Source of the DNA: Ignavibacteriota bacterium
GTDB lineage: Bacteria; Bacteroidota; Ignavibacteria; UBA10030; UBA6906
DNA length: 64,000 bases
NCBI GenBank assembly: GCA_016707525.1
Contig: JADJHP010000006.1
Span: forward strand, 184,817-248,816
Direction: 5' to 3'
Part shown: piece after piece, positions 39,382 to 47,479 of the stretch
Layout: each line of letters begins with the position of its first letter
Position numbering within the stretch: the first letter of the stretch is position 1
The notes under the pieces: model-generated
What the model saw: the letters and a program-made list of their open reading frames with translations, nothing else
What the model was told of the DNA's origin: nothing
Database searches by the model: none
Translations under genes and position numbers: made by a program

Positions 39382-39557
39382 GCCGCCACAACTTGATTTT
39401 TTGCGTGAATGTGCTAACTTGACGGGCATATCCCTGTTCCGTCTGTCCTGTCAACGCGCAAATCTCGCAGTGCCGGATCCGTGTCAGTTCCGGCCAACCC
39501 GGCCGGCTGCCGCCGCGTTCATCCGGATGCAGCACCCCTTACCAACAGGAGGTTTTC

Positions 39558-41012
39558 ATGAGAACGCTTCTACGGTTTGCTCTACTGACGTTCCTGATCT
39601 CGATCTCTGTCGTGGTCGCTGATGCTCAGTGGCAGTGCCTCTATGCGACGTGGGATGAGGAGACGAACGGCACGGGCCATCAGGTCCTGGGTGTGGGCGT
39701 CATCCACGAAGACATGTTCGTCGCATTGGTGAGTGTCCGCGGGGCACGGAGTTTCATGATCCCCTACGTGAACGCGGATTCCAGCAGCGGGCGCAAGTAC
39801 TACTACGGGTACGGCTCCGCCACAACGGCCGGCATCTATCAGACCTGGACGGATGGCGGTTTCGATCAGGTGATCGCGAAGGACATTTACAAGATCAAGG
39901 CGATGCCCGACAGTCTCATTTACGTGGCGAGCAACGATGTCGACCACAATGTGCTGGTGTTCAAGTACACAAACGACACCATCACGGTCGTGGACCCATT
40001 CCCGCGGCAGCAGACGGGGACCAATAGCATCTTCGGCATCGACGTCGACAACAATGGTTATGTGTATGTCTGCAACGACACCACCACGGGCCAGGCCTCG
40101 GACCTGAAGGTGTACAGGCCCATCGGCCAGTGGACCGTCGGTGGTCATACCGACGCTCCGATCACGTCGATCAACCTTCCCGATGGCGTGTACAAAGGGA
40201 TCGCGGTGACGCCGACGGGCAACGCGATCTTCATCGCAGACTACGTGAACAAGAAAGTGATCAAGTACGTGGGAACCCCGGCGACCGGCTATACACTGGC
40301 ACCGGGATTCACGTTCACGATGGGGCCGGAAGATACGCTCACCGGAAAGCCGACCGGACCCATCGGGCTGGGCTATCTTGCGTCCAAGAACATCCTCGCG
40401 GTGGCATGTGACTCGTTGTTCAAGCCTTCAGGCGGTGCGAACTATTCGTATGGACGCATCTATCTGCTGAACGGCAATACCGGTGCGAAGATCTCCTCCG
40501 ACACCAGCATGAATATGATCGATCAGGCAGCGTGGAACTTCGCGCAGACCGGTGCCTACAATGACCGCGGCAATGGCGACGTCCCCGGCAATGCCTCGGG
40601 CTATGCGTCGACGTACGACGTGAAGTTCGACGAGAGCGGGAATCTGTACAGTCAGTCGCAGTTCGGTTGGACCGTGGAGAAGTGGGCATACACCGGCACG
40701 CTGCCGAGCTTCACCACGGGCGTGGAACAGTCCGGCACGGAACTCCCCGCAGGCTACACGCTTTCGCAGAACTATCCGAACCCGTTCAATCCGACGACGG
40801 CCATCGAGTTCTCGATGCCGCAGTCAGGCTTCGCATCGTTGAAGGTCTATGACCTCCTCGGCCGTGAGGTCATGACCCTGCTGAACGAAGAGAAGCCGGC
40901 AGGTTCCTATCGCGCCACATTCGACGCAAGCACCCTCACCAGCGGAACGTATTTCTATGTGTTGCGTGCGGGATCCTTCACGGCGACCCGGAAAATGGCG
41001 TTGGTGAAGTAA
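39558..41012 (+). CDS. Beta-propeller-like (NHL-like) T9SS cargo protein
   Basis: AGGAGG 39547-39552. Signal MRTLLRFALLTFLISISVVVADAQ. C-terminus LSQNYPNPFNPTTAIEF..VYDLLGREVMTL..GTYFYVL..KMALVK. Confidence 0.8.
   Translation: MRTLLRFALLTFLISISVVVADAQWQCLYATWDEETNGTGHQVLGVGVIHEDMFVALVSVRGARSFMIPYVNADSSSGRKYYYGYGSATTAGIYQTWTDGGFDQVIAKDIYKIKAMPDSLIYVASNDVDHNVLVFKYTNDTITVVDPFPRQQTGTNSIFGIDVDNNGYVYVCNDTTTGQASDLKVYRPIGQWTVGGHTDAPITSINLPDGVYKGIAVTPTGNAIFIADYVNKKVIKYVGTPATGYTLAPGFTFTMGPEDTLTGKPTGPIGLGYLASKNILAVACDSLFKPSGGANYSYGRIYLLNGNTGAKISSDTSMNMIDQAAWNFAQTGAYNDRGNGDVPGNASGYASTYDVKFDESGNLYSQSQFGWTVEKWAYTGTLPSFTTGVEQSGTELPAGYTLSQNYPNPFNPTTAIEFSMPQSGFASLKVYDLLGREVMTLLNEEKPAGSYRATFDASTLTSGTYFYVLRAGSFTATRKMALVK
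40827..41012 (+). repeat. Copy 1 of a duplicated 186-nt CTD-coding segment
   Basis: Aligns without gaps to 43661-43846, with most positions identical by eye. The encoded peptides are FASLKV(Y/F)DLLGREVMTL..AGSYRATFDASTLTSGTYFYVLRAGSFTATR. Confidence 0.8.
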
Positions 41013-41081
41013 CGGTGCAGGGTGTGTGCGCGGGATCGTGTCGTGGTGCTGTGATCCTTGTAGAGGTCTCGGAGGGGCCTT

Positions 41082-41109
41082 GTAGGGGCCGAGCATGCTC
41101 GGCCCCTAC
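41082..41109. repeat. GC-rich palindromic REP-like element (perfect 28-bp palindrome)
   Basis: GTAGGGGCCGAGCATGCTCGGCCCCTAC. Half-site echoes lie at 41071-41080 (GGAGGGGCCT) and 41115-41124 (CGGCCCCTAC). Confidence 0.8.
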
Positions 41110-41332
41110 AGTTTCGGCCCCTACGATCTTGATGGGGCGCGAAGGGGGCCTGACCCCGGCGATGCGAATATACGTGGTGTAGGTACATCGTGGTGGTCTC
41201 GTCAGGGCCTCGCAGTGGCCGGGATTGCCCGGCCACGACACGTGTTTCTTGGGAACACTCCGGCAGTATCCCTTCCGCCAGTTGACATTCTCTCCAGCAT
41301 TCCTGTCCTTGAGAAAAAGGGATGCCCTGCCG

Positions 41333-43846
41333 ATGCGATGGTTCCGCGTTCTTCTTCTCACGATCCTTCTCCCCCTGCTCCTGTCGACCGGCGCGCACGC
41401 TGACGACCCCCCGCGGGAGACCAGCGTCCATGCTTCGTTCATGCAGATATACCGTAGCGCCTCGCTCGCCGCGCTCACGCCTGCACCACAGGGGTATGTC
41501 ATTCAGCCGCTGAACCGCACGGCCCGGACGACGCGCCTCACGCGCGAGGTCTTCGGATATCTTCCGTATTGGTTCATCAGCCGCTGGACACAGGTGGATC
41601 TCCAGCTCGTGAGCACGATCGCGTATTTCAGCGGCGAGATCGCCGCGGATGGGTCCATCGGCGACACCCACGGCTGGCCGAAAACGCCCGGCGATCCCAC
41701 GGCATCGGCACAGGTGGTGAATATGATCAATGCAGCGCATGCAGCCGGCGTGAAGGTGGTGCTCTGCTTCACGAATTTCACCGGATCGGAGATCGATGCC
41801 ATCGTCAGCACCCCGGCATACCGCACGGCGTTCATCCAGCAGTCGATGGCCATCGTGAAGGCAGGGAACGGCGATGGGATCAACATCAATTTCGAGGGGA
41901 TCAACAGCGCGAGCAAGGCAGCCCTGACGCAGTTCATGATCGCGCTTGCCGACAGCTTCCATGCGAACATTCCCGGGAGTCAGGTCTCGTGTGCGCCGAC
42001 CGATTTCGATACCCGGGCAGGGGACTGGGACCTCGCCGCCTTGAACCCGAAACTCGATCTCTTCTTCTTCCAGGGGTATGGGTACGGTTGGAGCGGGGGA
42101 TCGGTGGCGGCACCGGTAGGCCTCCTCCCGAATACGGCGTTCTGGGGAAGCCTCAACAGCACCACCCTCATAACCTATGCGCTCGCGCGCATCTCTCCCG
42201 CGAAGGTTGTCCTCGGCGTGCCGCACTATGGCTACCGCTGGCCCACGGTGTCGGGCGACCCGCGGGCGGCGACGATGGGGTCGGGCGTGGTCATTTATTA
42301 CCCCGATGCCCTGGGCTTCATCGGCAGCTACGGACGGCATTGGGACCAGGCAGCGCAGAACCCCTGGTTCCGGTATCAGGCCGGTGCGCAATGGTACCAG
42401 GGGTGGTATGACGACGCCGAGAGCATGAGCTACAAGTACCAGTTCGTGCTGGACCGGAACCTGATGGGGATCGGTATGTGGGCGTTGGGGATGGATGCGG
42501 GGAACAAAGATATCTGGAACATGCTGGCGGTGTACCTGACTGATTCCGGTTATGTGCCCCGCGCGCCCTCGGCTCCTGTCCTCGCCGCCGTGAAGGATAC
42601 CTCAGAGCAGTTCGACAATCGCGTCGTCGTCCGGTGGCGTTCGTCCGGCACCCCCGCGGCAGCCGGGTTCCGGCTGTACATGACGCACGATCCTGCAGCG
42701 TGGCCCACGACACCTCTCCTGGATGAATCGGTCCTGGGTCCGGTGCAGCGTGAAACGGTGATCAGCGGTCTTGCCGCCGACACGACGTACTTCGTGCGCA
42801 TGGTGGCCGTGGACAGTCTGCATGTGCGCATCAGCGATACCTCGGACACGTACGCGGTGCGGGTGGGAGGCGGGAAGCCGTATCTCATCGTGGACGGCTT
42901 CGACCGTGTGACGGGGAGCTACAATCTTCCGCGTCACGATTTCGGCGCGCGGTACGGCCAGGCGCTTGCCGCGTCGGGCGCCCACTTCGACTGCGTGGAC
43001 AACGAGGCCGTGCAGCAGGGGATGGTACACCCCGGGAACTATGCAGGCGTTCTCTGGTTCCTGGGTGACGAGTCCACCGCCGATCTCTCGCTGAACACGA
43101 TCGAGCAGAGCGTGCTGCAGTCGTACCTGAAGGGCGGCGGGCGGCTGTTCATTACTGGCTCCGAACTCGGATACGATCTCGGCCGGAGTGCATCGCCCAA
43201 TTATGCGCCGGCGTTCTATGCGGACTACATGAAGGCCGTCTATGGAGGCGACAAGGCTTCCACGAGCAGCTATACCGGTGCCGCCGGGTCGGCCTTTGCC
43301 GGCATCAGCGGGACTTTTGGTAGTGTGTATCCGGAAGACTATCCCGACTACATCACCCCGGCAGGTGGCGCGAAGAGCGCGCTGACGTATTCTGCGTCGC
43401 AGGTTGCGGCCGTGCAGTACGAGGGGGCGTTCGGGGGTGGGAGCATCGCCGGCCGGCTGGTGTATGTGGCGTTCGCCGTCGAGACCATGGGCTCTGCCGC
43501 TGAGCGGGCTACGCTGATCGGACGCGTCGTCGCGTTCTTCAGCGGGGCGACAGGCATCGCGGACGAGGAAGTGTCGCATCCGGACACGTGGTCACTGGAG
43601 CAGAATTTCCCAAATCCGTTCAATCCCACGACGACCATCGGGTTCTCGATGGCGCGCCAGGGGTTCGCATCGTTGAAGGTGTTCGACCTGCTCGGCCGCG
43701 AGGTCATGACGCTGGTCAGCGAAGAGAAGGCGGCAGGTTCCTATCGCGCCACGTTCGATGCAAGCACCCTCACCAGCGGCACCTACTTCTATGTGCTGCG
43801 CGCAGGGTCCTTCACGGCGACCCGGTCAATGGTATTGGTGAAGTAA
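41333..43846 (+). CDS. GH18-like glycoside hydrolase domain protein with Fn3-like region, unknown C-terminal domain and T9SS CTD
   Basis: Signal MRWFRVLLLTILLPLLLSTGAHA. GH18 features FGYLPYW and GDGININFEG (variant DxxDxDxE box). CTD LEQNFPNPFNPTTTIGF... Confidence 0.7.
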   Translation: MRWFRVLLLTILLPLLLSTGAHADDPPRETSVHASFMQIYRSASLAALTPAPQGYVIQPLNRTARTTRLTREVFGYLPYWFISRWTQVDLQLVSTIAYFSGEIAADGSIGDTHGWPKTPGDPTASAQVVNMINAAHAAGVKVVLCFTNFTGSEIDAIVSTPAYRTAFIQQSMAIVKAGNGDGININFEGINSASKAALTQFMIALADSFHANIPGSQVSCAPTDFDTRAGDWDLAALNPKLDLFFFQGYGYGWSGGSVAAPVGLLPNTAFWGSLNSTTLITYALARISPAKVVLGVPHYGYRWPTVSGDPRAATMGSGVVIYYPDALGFIGSYGRHWDQAAQNPWFRYQAGAQWYQGWYDDAESMSYKYQFVLDRNLMGIGMWALGMDAGNKDIWNMLAVYLTDSGYVPRAPSAPVLAAVKDTSEQFDNRVVVRWRSSGTPAAAGFRLYMTHDPAAWPTTPLLDESVLGPVQRETVISGLAADTTYFVRMVAVDSLHVRISDTSDTYAVRVGGGKPYLIVDGFDRVTGSYNLPRHDFGARYGQALAASGAHFDCVDNEAVQQGMVHPGNYAGVLWFLGDESTADLSLNTIEQSVLQSYLKGGGRLFITGSELGYDLGRSASPNYAPAFYADYMKAVYGGDKASTSSYTGAAGSAFAGISGTFGSVYPEDYPDYITPAGGAKSALTYSASQVAAVQYEGAFGGGSIAGRLVYVAFAVETMGSAAERATLIGRVVAFFSGATGIADEEVSHPDTWSLEQNFPNPFNPTTTIGFSMARQGFASLKVFDLLGREVMTLVSEEKAAGSYRATFDASTLTSGTYFYVLRAGSFTATRSMVLVK
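43661..43846 (+). repeat. Copy 2 of the duplicated 186-nt CTD-coding segment
   Basis: See 40827-41012. Confidence 0.8.
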
Positions 43847-43916
43847 GGGTGTGCAGGCCCCTGCAATGCGGGTTCTACGCGGCAGAGGTACACCATCGGG
43901 ATTCGCAAGGTCCTCG

Positions 43917-43940
43917 AGGGGCCGAGCATGCTCGGCCCCT
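43917..43940. repeat. GC-rich palindromic REP-like element (perfect 24-bp palindrome)
   Basis: AGGGGCCGAGCATGCTCGGCCCCT has the same core as 41082-41109 and the same distance (about 83 nt) from the preceding stop codon. Confidence 0.8.
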
Positions 43941-44013
43941 ACATGATTTTAGAACATTCCTGAGATCGCAAAGAAGGGCCCCGAGGCAGGAACATTTGAT
44001 GAGGAGGCTGCAA

Positions 44014-44021
44014 GGGGGGGG
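44014..44021. repeat. Intergenic G8 homopolymer
   Basis: caaGGGGGGGGtgcc, about 80 nt upstream of the cassette C -35 box. Confidence 0.9.
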
Positions 44022-44102
44022 TGCCATTAGTTGCGGCAGGCGAACCCGGACAAATTCGATACCCAGTAAATCCTTGAACTGGAACGGTTTAGCTGCATTT
44101 GC

Positions 44103-44131
44103 TTGACACTTCATTTGTTGTTCAGTATATT
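44103..44131 (+). promoter_or_regulatory. Near-consensus sigma70-type promoter for cassette C
   Basis: TTGACA (44103-44108), 17 nt, TATATT (44126-44131), in an AT-rich island. The leader to ATG 44260 is about 120 nt. Confidence 0.6.
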
Positions 44132-44259
44132 TCAGTAAAGTTATTGGGACAATGACGTCTGCCTGCCTTGTCCGGCCACATCCTGCCTCCGCCCGCAGAC
44201 GCCCATCGCATTCGTTCTTACCTTCGCAGTACATCAGGTCTACAATTTCAGGAGCAACT

Positions 44260-47200
44260 ATGAGAGTGACCTTTACTCTTTTCAGTGCTGCCCTGGTTCT
44301 TTTCACTTCGATCGCATTCGCCGGAACGACAGGAAAGGTCGCCGGCGTCGTACGTGACGCGCAGAGCGGTGAGCCGCTCCCGAACGTCAACGTGGTCGTT
44401 GAGGGAACCATGTTGGGTGCAGCAACCAATCCTGACGGCTACTATGCCATCCTGAACATCCCCCCGGGCCGGTACAAGGTCATCGCCAAACTCATTGGCT
44501 ACACCTCCGGCGCCGCCGTCAATGTTCGCGTCGACATCGACCAGACAACCGAGCTGAATCTTCAGCTGAGTCAGGAAACGATCTCCGGCGAAGAGGTGAC
44601 GATCGTGGCCCAGCGTCCGGTGGTCCAGAAGGATGTCGCGGCGAGCCGTGCGAACATCGAATTCCAGGACATCGAGAAGCTCCCTGTCACCAGTGTTTCA
44701 AGTGTGGTGACCCTGCAGGCTGGTATTCAGGGGGGACTCATTATCCGTGGCAGTGCCAGCGACCAGGCCGCGTTCGTTGTTGATGGTATGCTGATGCGCG
44801 ATGAAAGAACGAACACCCCGTTCACCGGGATCAGCCTGAGTTCAATTCAGGATGTTCAAGTTCAAACCGGCGGGTTCAATGCTGAATATGGCAACCTGCG
44901 CTCGGGTGTCGTGAACGTTGTCACGCGTGAGGGCAGCCCGTCATCCTACAGCTTCAACTTCATCGGCCGGTATAGCCCTGCCGGGCCGAAGCACTTCGGG
45001 CCGTCGATCTATGATGCGAACTCGTACTGGATCCGTCCTTATCTGGATGATGCGGTGGCGTGGAATGGGACGAGCACGTGGGACCAGTGGACGCAGGCGC
45101 AGTACCCTGAGTTTGAAGGGTGGAACGCTGTGGCCGCGCGTCTCCTGAAGGATGCCGATCCGACGAACGACCTTTCCCCTGAAGCCGCCCAGCGTCTGTT
45201 CCTTTGGGAGCATCGCCGTCAGGCCGAGATCAAGGACCCCGACTGGGATGTGGATATGGGCTTCGGTGGCCCGGTCCCGTTCATCTCCGAGCAACTGGGG
45301 AACCTCCGCTTCTTCGCTTCGTACCGGCAGCAGTCCACGCAGTATCTGGTGCCGCTCTCCCGCAACGGCTACAGCGACCTCAGCGGCCAGTTGAAGATCA
45401 CGTCGGACGTCGGCCCGGGCATGAAGCTCATGTTCTCCGGCCTCGTTGCGAAGCAGGAAGGCACGAACAGCAACAACACCGGCGATCCGGGGATGTTCAC
45501 CACCGTGTCAGGCGTTGCCTCGTCACTCTATAATACTTCCACAGCGGGCTACATTGATGCCCGTATCTTCGGCACGGACTACTGGGCCCCGACCACAACG
45601 AACATCAGCATGTTCGGTGCGAAGTTCTCGCATGCGCTGAGTGGCTCCACGTTCTATGAGGCAGCGGTCCAGCGCTTCGCGCAGGGGACCGATACCGATC
45701 CGGGTGCGTTGCGCGACACCGAAAGGAAGTATCTTTTCGGGAACAACTATTATGTGGATGAAGCACCCTTCGGGTTCCAGCCGTATCCGAGCACCGGTAT
45801 CGTCGGGCTCCGCATGGGTGTCGGCATGAGCAACTCCCGCGACACGTCGCGGGTGGAGACATGGACCGCGCGGTTCGACCTGACCACGCAGATCGACAAG
45901 TTCAATCAGGTCAAGGCTGGCGTGGAATTCGCGTACACGGACAACTGGGTGCGGGCCCGCAACGTCGACATCACGCTGCCAAGCGGGCGATACAACACGA
46001 GCTGGCACAATTATCCGATCCGTGGCGCGTTGTATCTCCAGGACAAGCTCGAGTTCGAGGGGATGATCGCGAACTTCGGCCTCCGGTTCGAGTACCTCAA
46101 TCCGAACGGGAGCTGGTACGAGTACGCGAACGATCCCTACAACAATGCATTCTCCGGCCAGGCGCTGCTCGATACGGCATTGGTGCCCACGACCGCGCCG
46201 GCAACGTTGACCGTCAGTCCGCGACTGGCCGTTGCCTTCCCGATCAGCGACGACGCCAAGCTGTTCTTCAACTACGGGCATTTCCGTCAGGTCCCGGATC
46301 CGCGCAACCTGTTCCTTCTGCGCAGGTATTCGGACAACAATCAGGTGACCGCGATGGCGGACCCCACGGCCGACTTCCCGAAGACCGTGGCGTATGAGCT
46401 CGGCTACGAGCACAGCCTGATGGAGGAGTACCTCGTGAGGGTGTCCGCGTACTACAAGGACGTCACGAACGAGACCAAGACCGTGAGTTACTACGGCCGG
46501 AACTCGGGTGTTCTGTACAGCAAATACACGAGCAACCAGTACCGGGACATCCGTGGTTTCGAGGTCCAGGTGAACAAGAACCGCGGCAACTGGGTCCAGG
46601 GCTTCATCAATTATACGTACGACGTGCGCACGACGGGATACTTCGGCCTCGGGCGGTATTACGAGGACCCGAACGAGCAGCGTGCCTATATCCGGACGAA
46701 TGTGTACCAGGAAAAGCCGCTCCCGCGTCCGTATGCCCGCGTCAACCTCGACTTCTTCACGCCGTCCGACTTCGGGCCGGCGCTTGTCGGGCAGAACCTG
46801 CTGGGCGACTGGCGTCTGAATTTCATCGGGACGTGGTCGGCCGGTGCGTACGACACCTGGGCCGGCGGCGGCACGATCTCCGAATTGCAGTACAACGTCA
46901 AATGGCGTGACTACTGGAATCTGGACATGCGCCTCAGCAAGAACTTCAAGTTCGGACGTGCCAACATCCAGTTGTTCGCTGACATGTCGAACCTCCTGAA
47001 CTTCCGGTACTTCAGCGGGGACAACGGGTTCTTCGGGACGCGCGACTATGACAACTATATGAAGTCGCTGCATCTGCCGGACTTCGCGCCGCAGTTCAAG
47101 ACCGCGATCGGCTACGTCAACGTTCCCGGCGACGACCAGCCGGGCGATTACCGCAAGGACGGTGTGCCGTATCAGCCTATCGTCGGCCTGGCGCAGATGA

Positions 47201-47427
47201 CCGATCTCGATCTCCCCTCGAACCAGCATGCGCGGCCGTTCTACTATGTCGTGGCAACGGGCGAGTATTACCAGTTCGTGAACGGTGTCCGCCAGGTGGT
47301 GGACCCCGGTAAGCTGCAGCAGGTGATGGACGACAAGGCATACATCGATATGCCGAACCAGGAAGCTTTCACGTTCCTCAATCCCCGGAACATCTTCTAC
47401 GGCATCCGGTTCTCGTTCGATCTCTGA
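44260..47427 (+). CDS. Cassette C gene 1: CarboxypepD_reg + plug + TonB-dependent-receptor-like barrel
   Basis: AGGAG 44250-44254. Signal MRVTFTLFSAALVLFTSIAFAG. GKVAGVVRDAQSGEPLPNVNVVVEGT..DGYYAILNIPPGRYKVI. Plug-like LIIRGSASDQAAFVVDGM. Ends GIRFSFDL. Confidence 0.8.
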   Translation: MRVTFTLFSAALVLFTSIAFAGTTGKVAGVVRDAQSGEPLPNVNVVVEGTMLGAATNPDGYYAILNIPPGRYKVIAKLIGYTSGAAVNVRVDIDQTTELNLQLSQETISGEEVTIVAQRPVVQKDVAASRANIEFQDIEKLPVTSVSSVVTLQAGIQGGLIIRGSASDQAAFVVDGMLMRDERTNTPFTGISLSSIQDVQVQTGGFNAEYGNLRSGVVNVVTREGSPSSYSFNFIGRYSPAGPKHFGPSIYDANSYWIRPYLDDAVAWNGTSTWDQWTQAQYPEFEGWNAVAARLLKDADPTNDLSPEAAQRLFLWEHRRQAEIKDPDWDVDMGFGGPVPFISEQLGNLRFFASYRQQSTQYLVPLSRNGYSDLSGQLKITSDVGPGMKLMFSGLVAKQEGTNSNNTGDPGMFTTVSGVASSLYNTSTAGYIDARIFGTDYWAPTTTNISMFGAKFSHALSGSTFYEAAVQRFAQGTDTDPGALRDTERKYLFGNNYYVDEAPFGFQPYPSTGIVGLRMGVGMSNSRDTSRVETWTARFDLTTQIDKFNQVKAGVEFAYTDNWVRARNVDITLPSGRYNTSWHNYPIRGALYLQDKLEFEGMIANFGLRFEYLNPNGSWYEYANDPYNNAFSGQALLDTALVPTTAPATLTVSPRLAVAFPISDDAKLFFNYGHFRQVPDPRNLFLLRRYSDNNQVTAMADPTADFPKTVAYELGYEHSLMEEYLVRVSAYYKDVTNETKTVSYYGRNSGVLYSKYTSNQYRDIRGFEVQVNKNRGNWVQGFINYTYDVRTTGYFGLGRYYEDPNEQRAYIRTNVYQEKPLPRPYARVNLDFFTPSDFGPALVGQNLLGDWRLNFIGTWSAGAYDTWAGGGTISELQYNVKWRDYWNLDMRLSKNFKFGRANIQLFADMSNLLNFRYFSGDNGFFGTRDYDNYMKSLHLPDFAPQFKTAIGYVNVPGDDQPGDYRKDGVPYQPIVGLAQMTDLDLPSNQHARPFYYVVATGEYYQFVNGVRQVVDPGKLQQVMDDKAYIDMPNQEAFTFLNPRNIFYGIRFSFDL

Positions 47428-47479
47428 TCACACAGGACGTCTGTCGCACGACACAAGCGTATCTCACGGCGAGGAAGCA

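Noticed and set aside
41071-41124. REP-like palindromes as a possible CRISPR array
   Set aside because: There are only isolated copies tens of kb apart, plus half-sites. There is no regular repeat-spacer periodicity and no cas genes.
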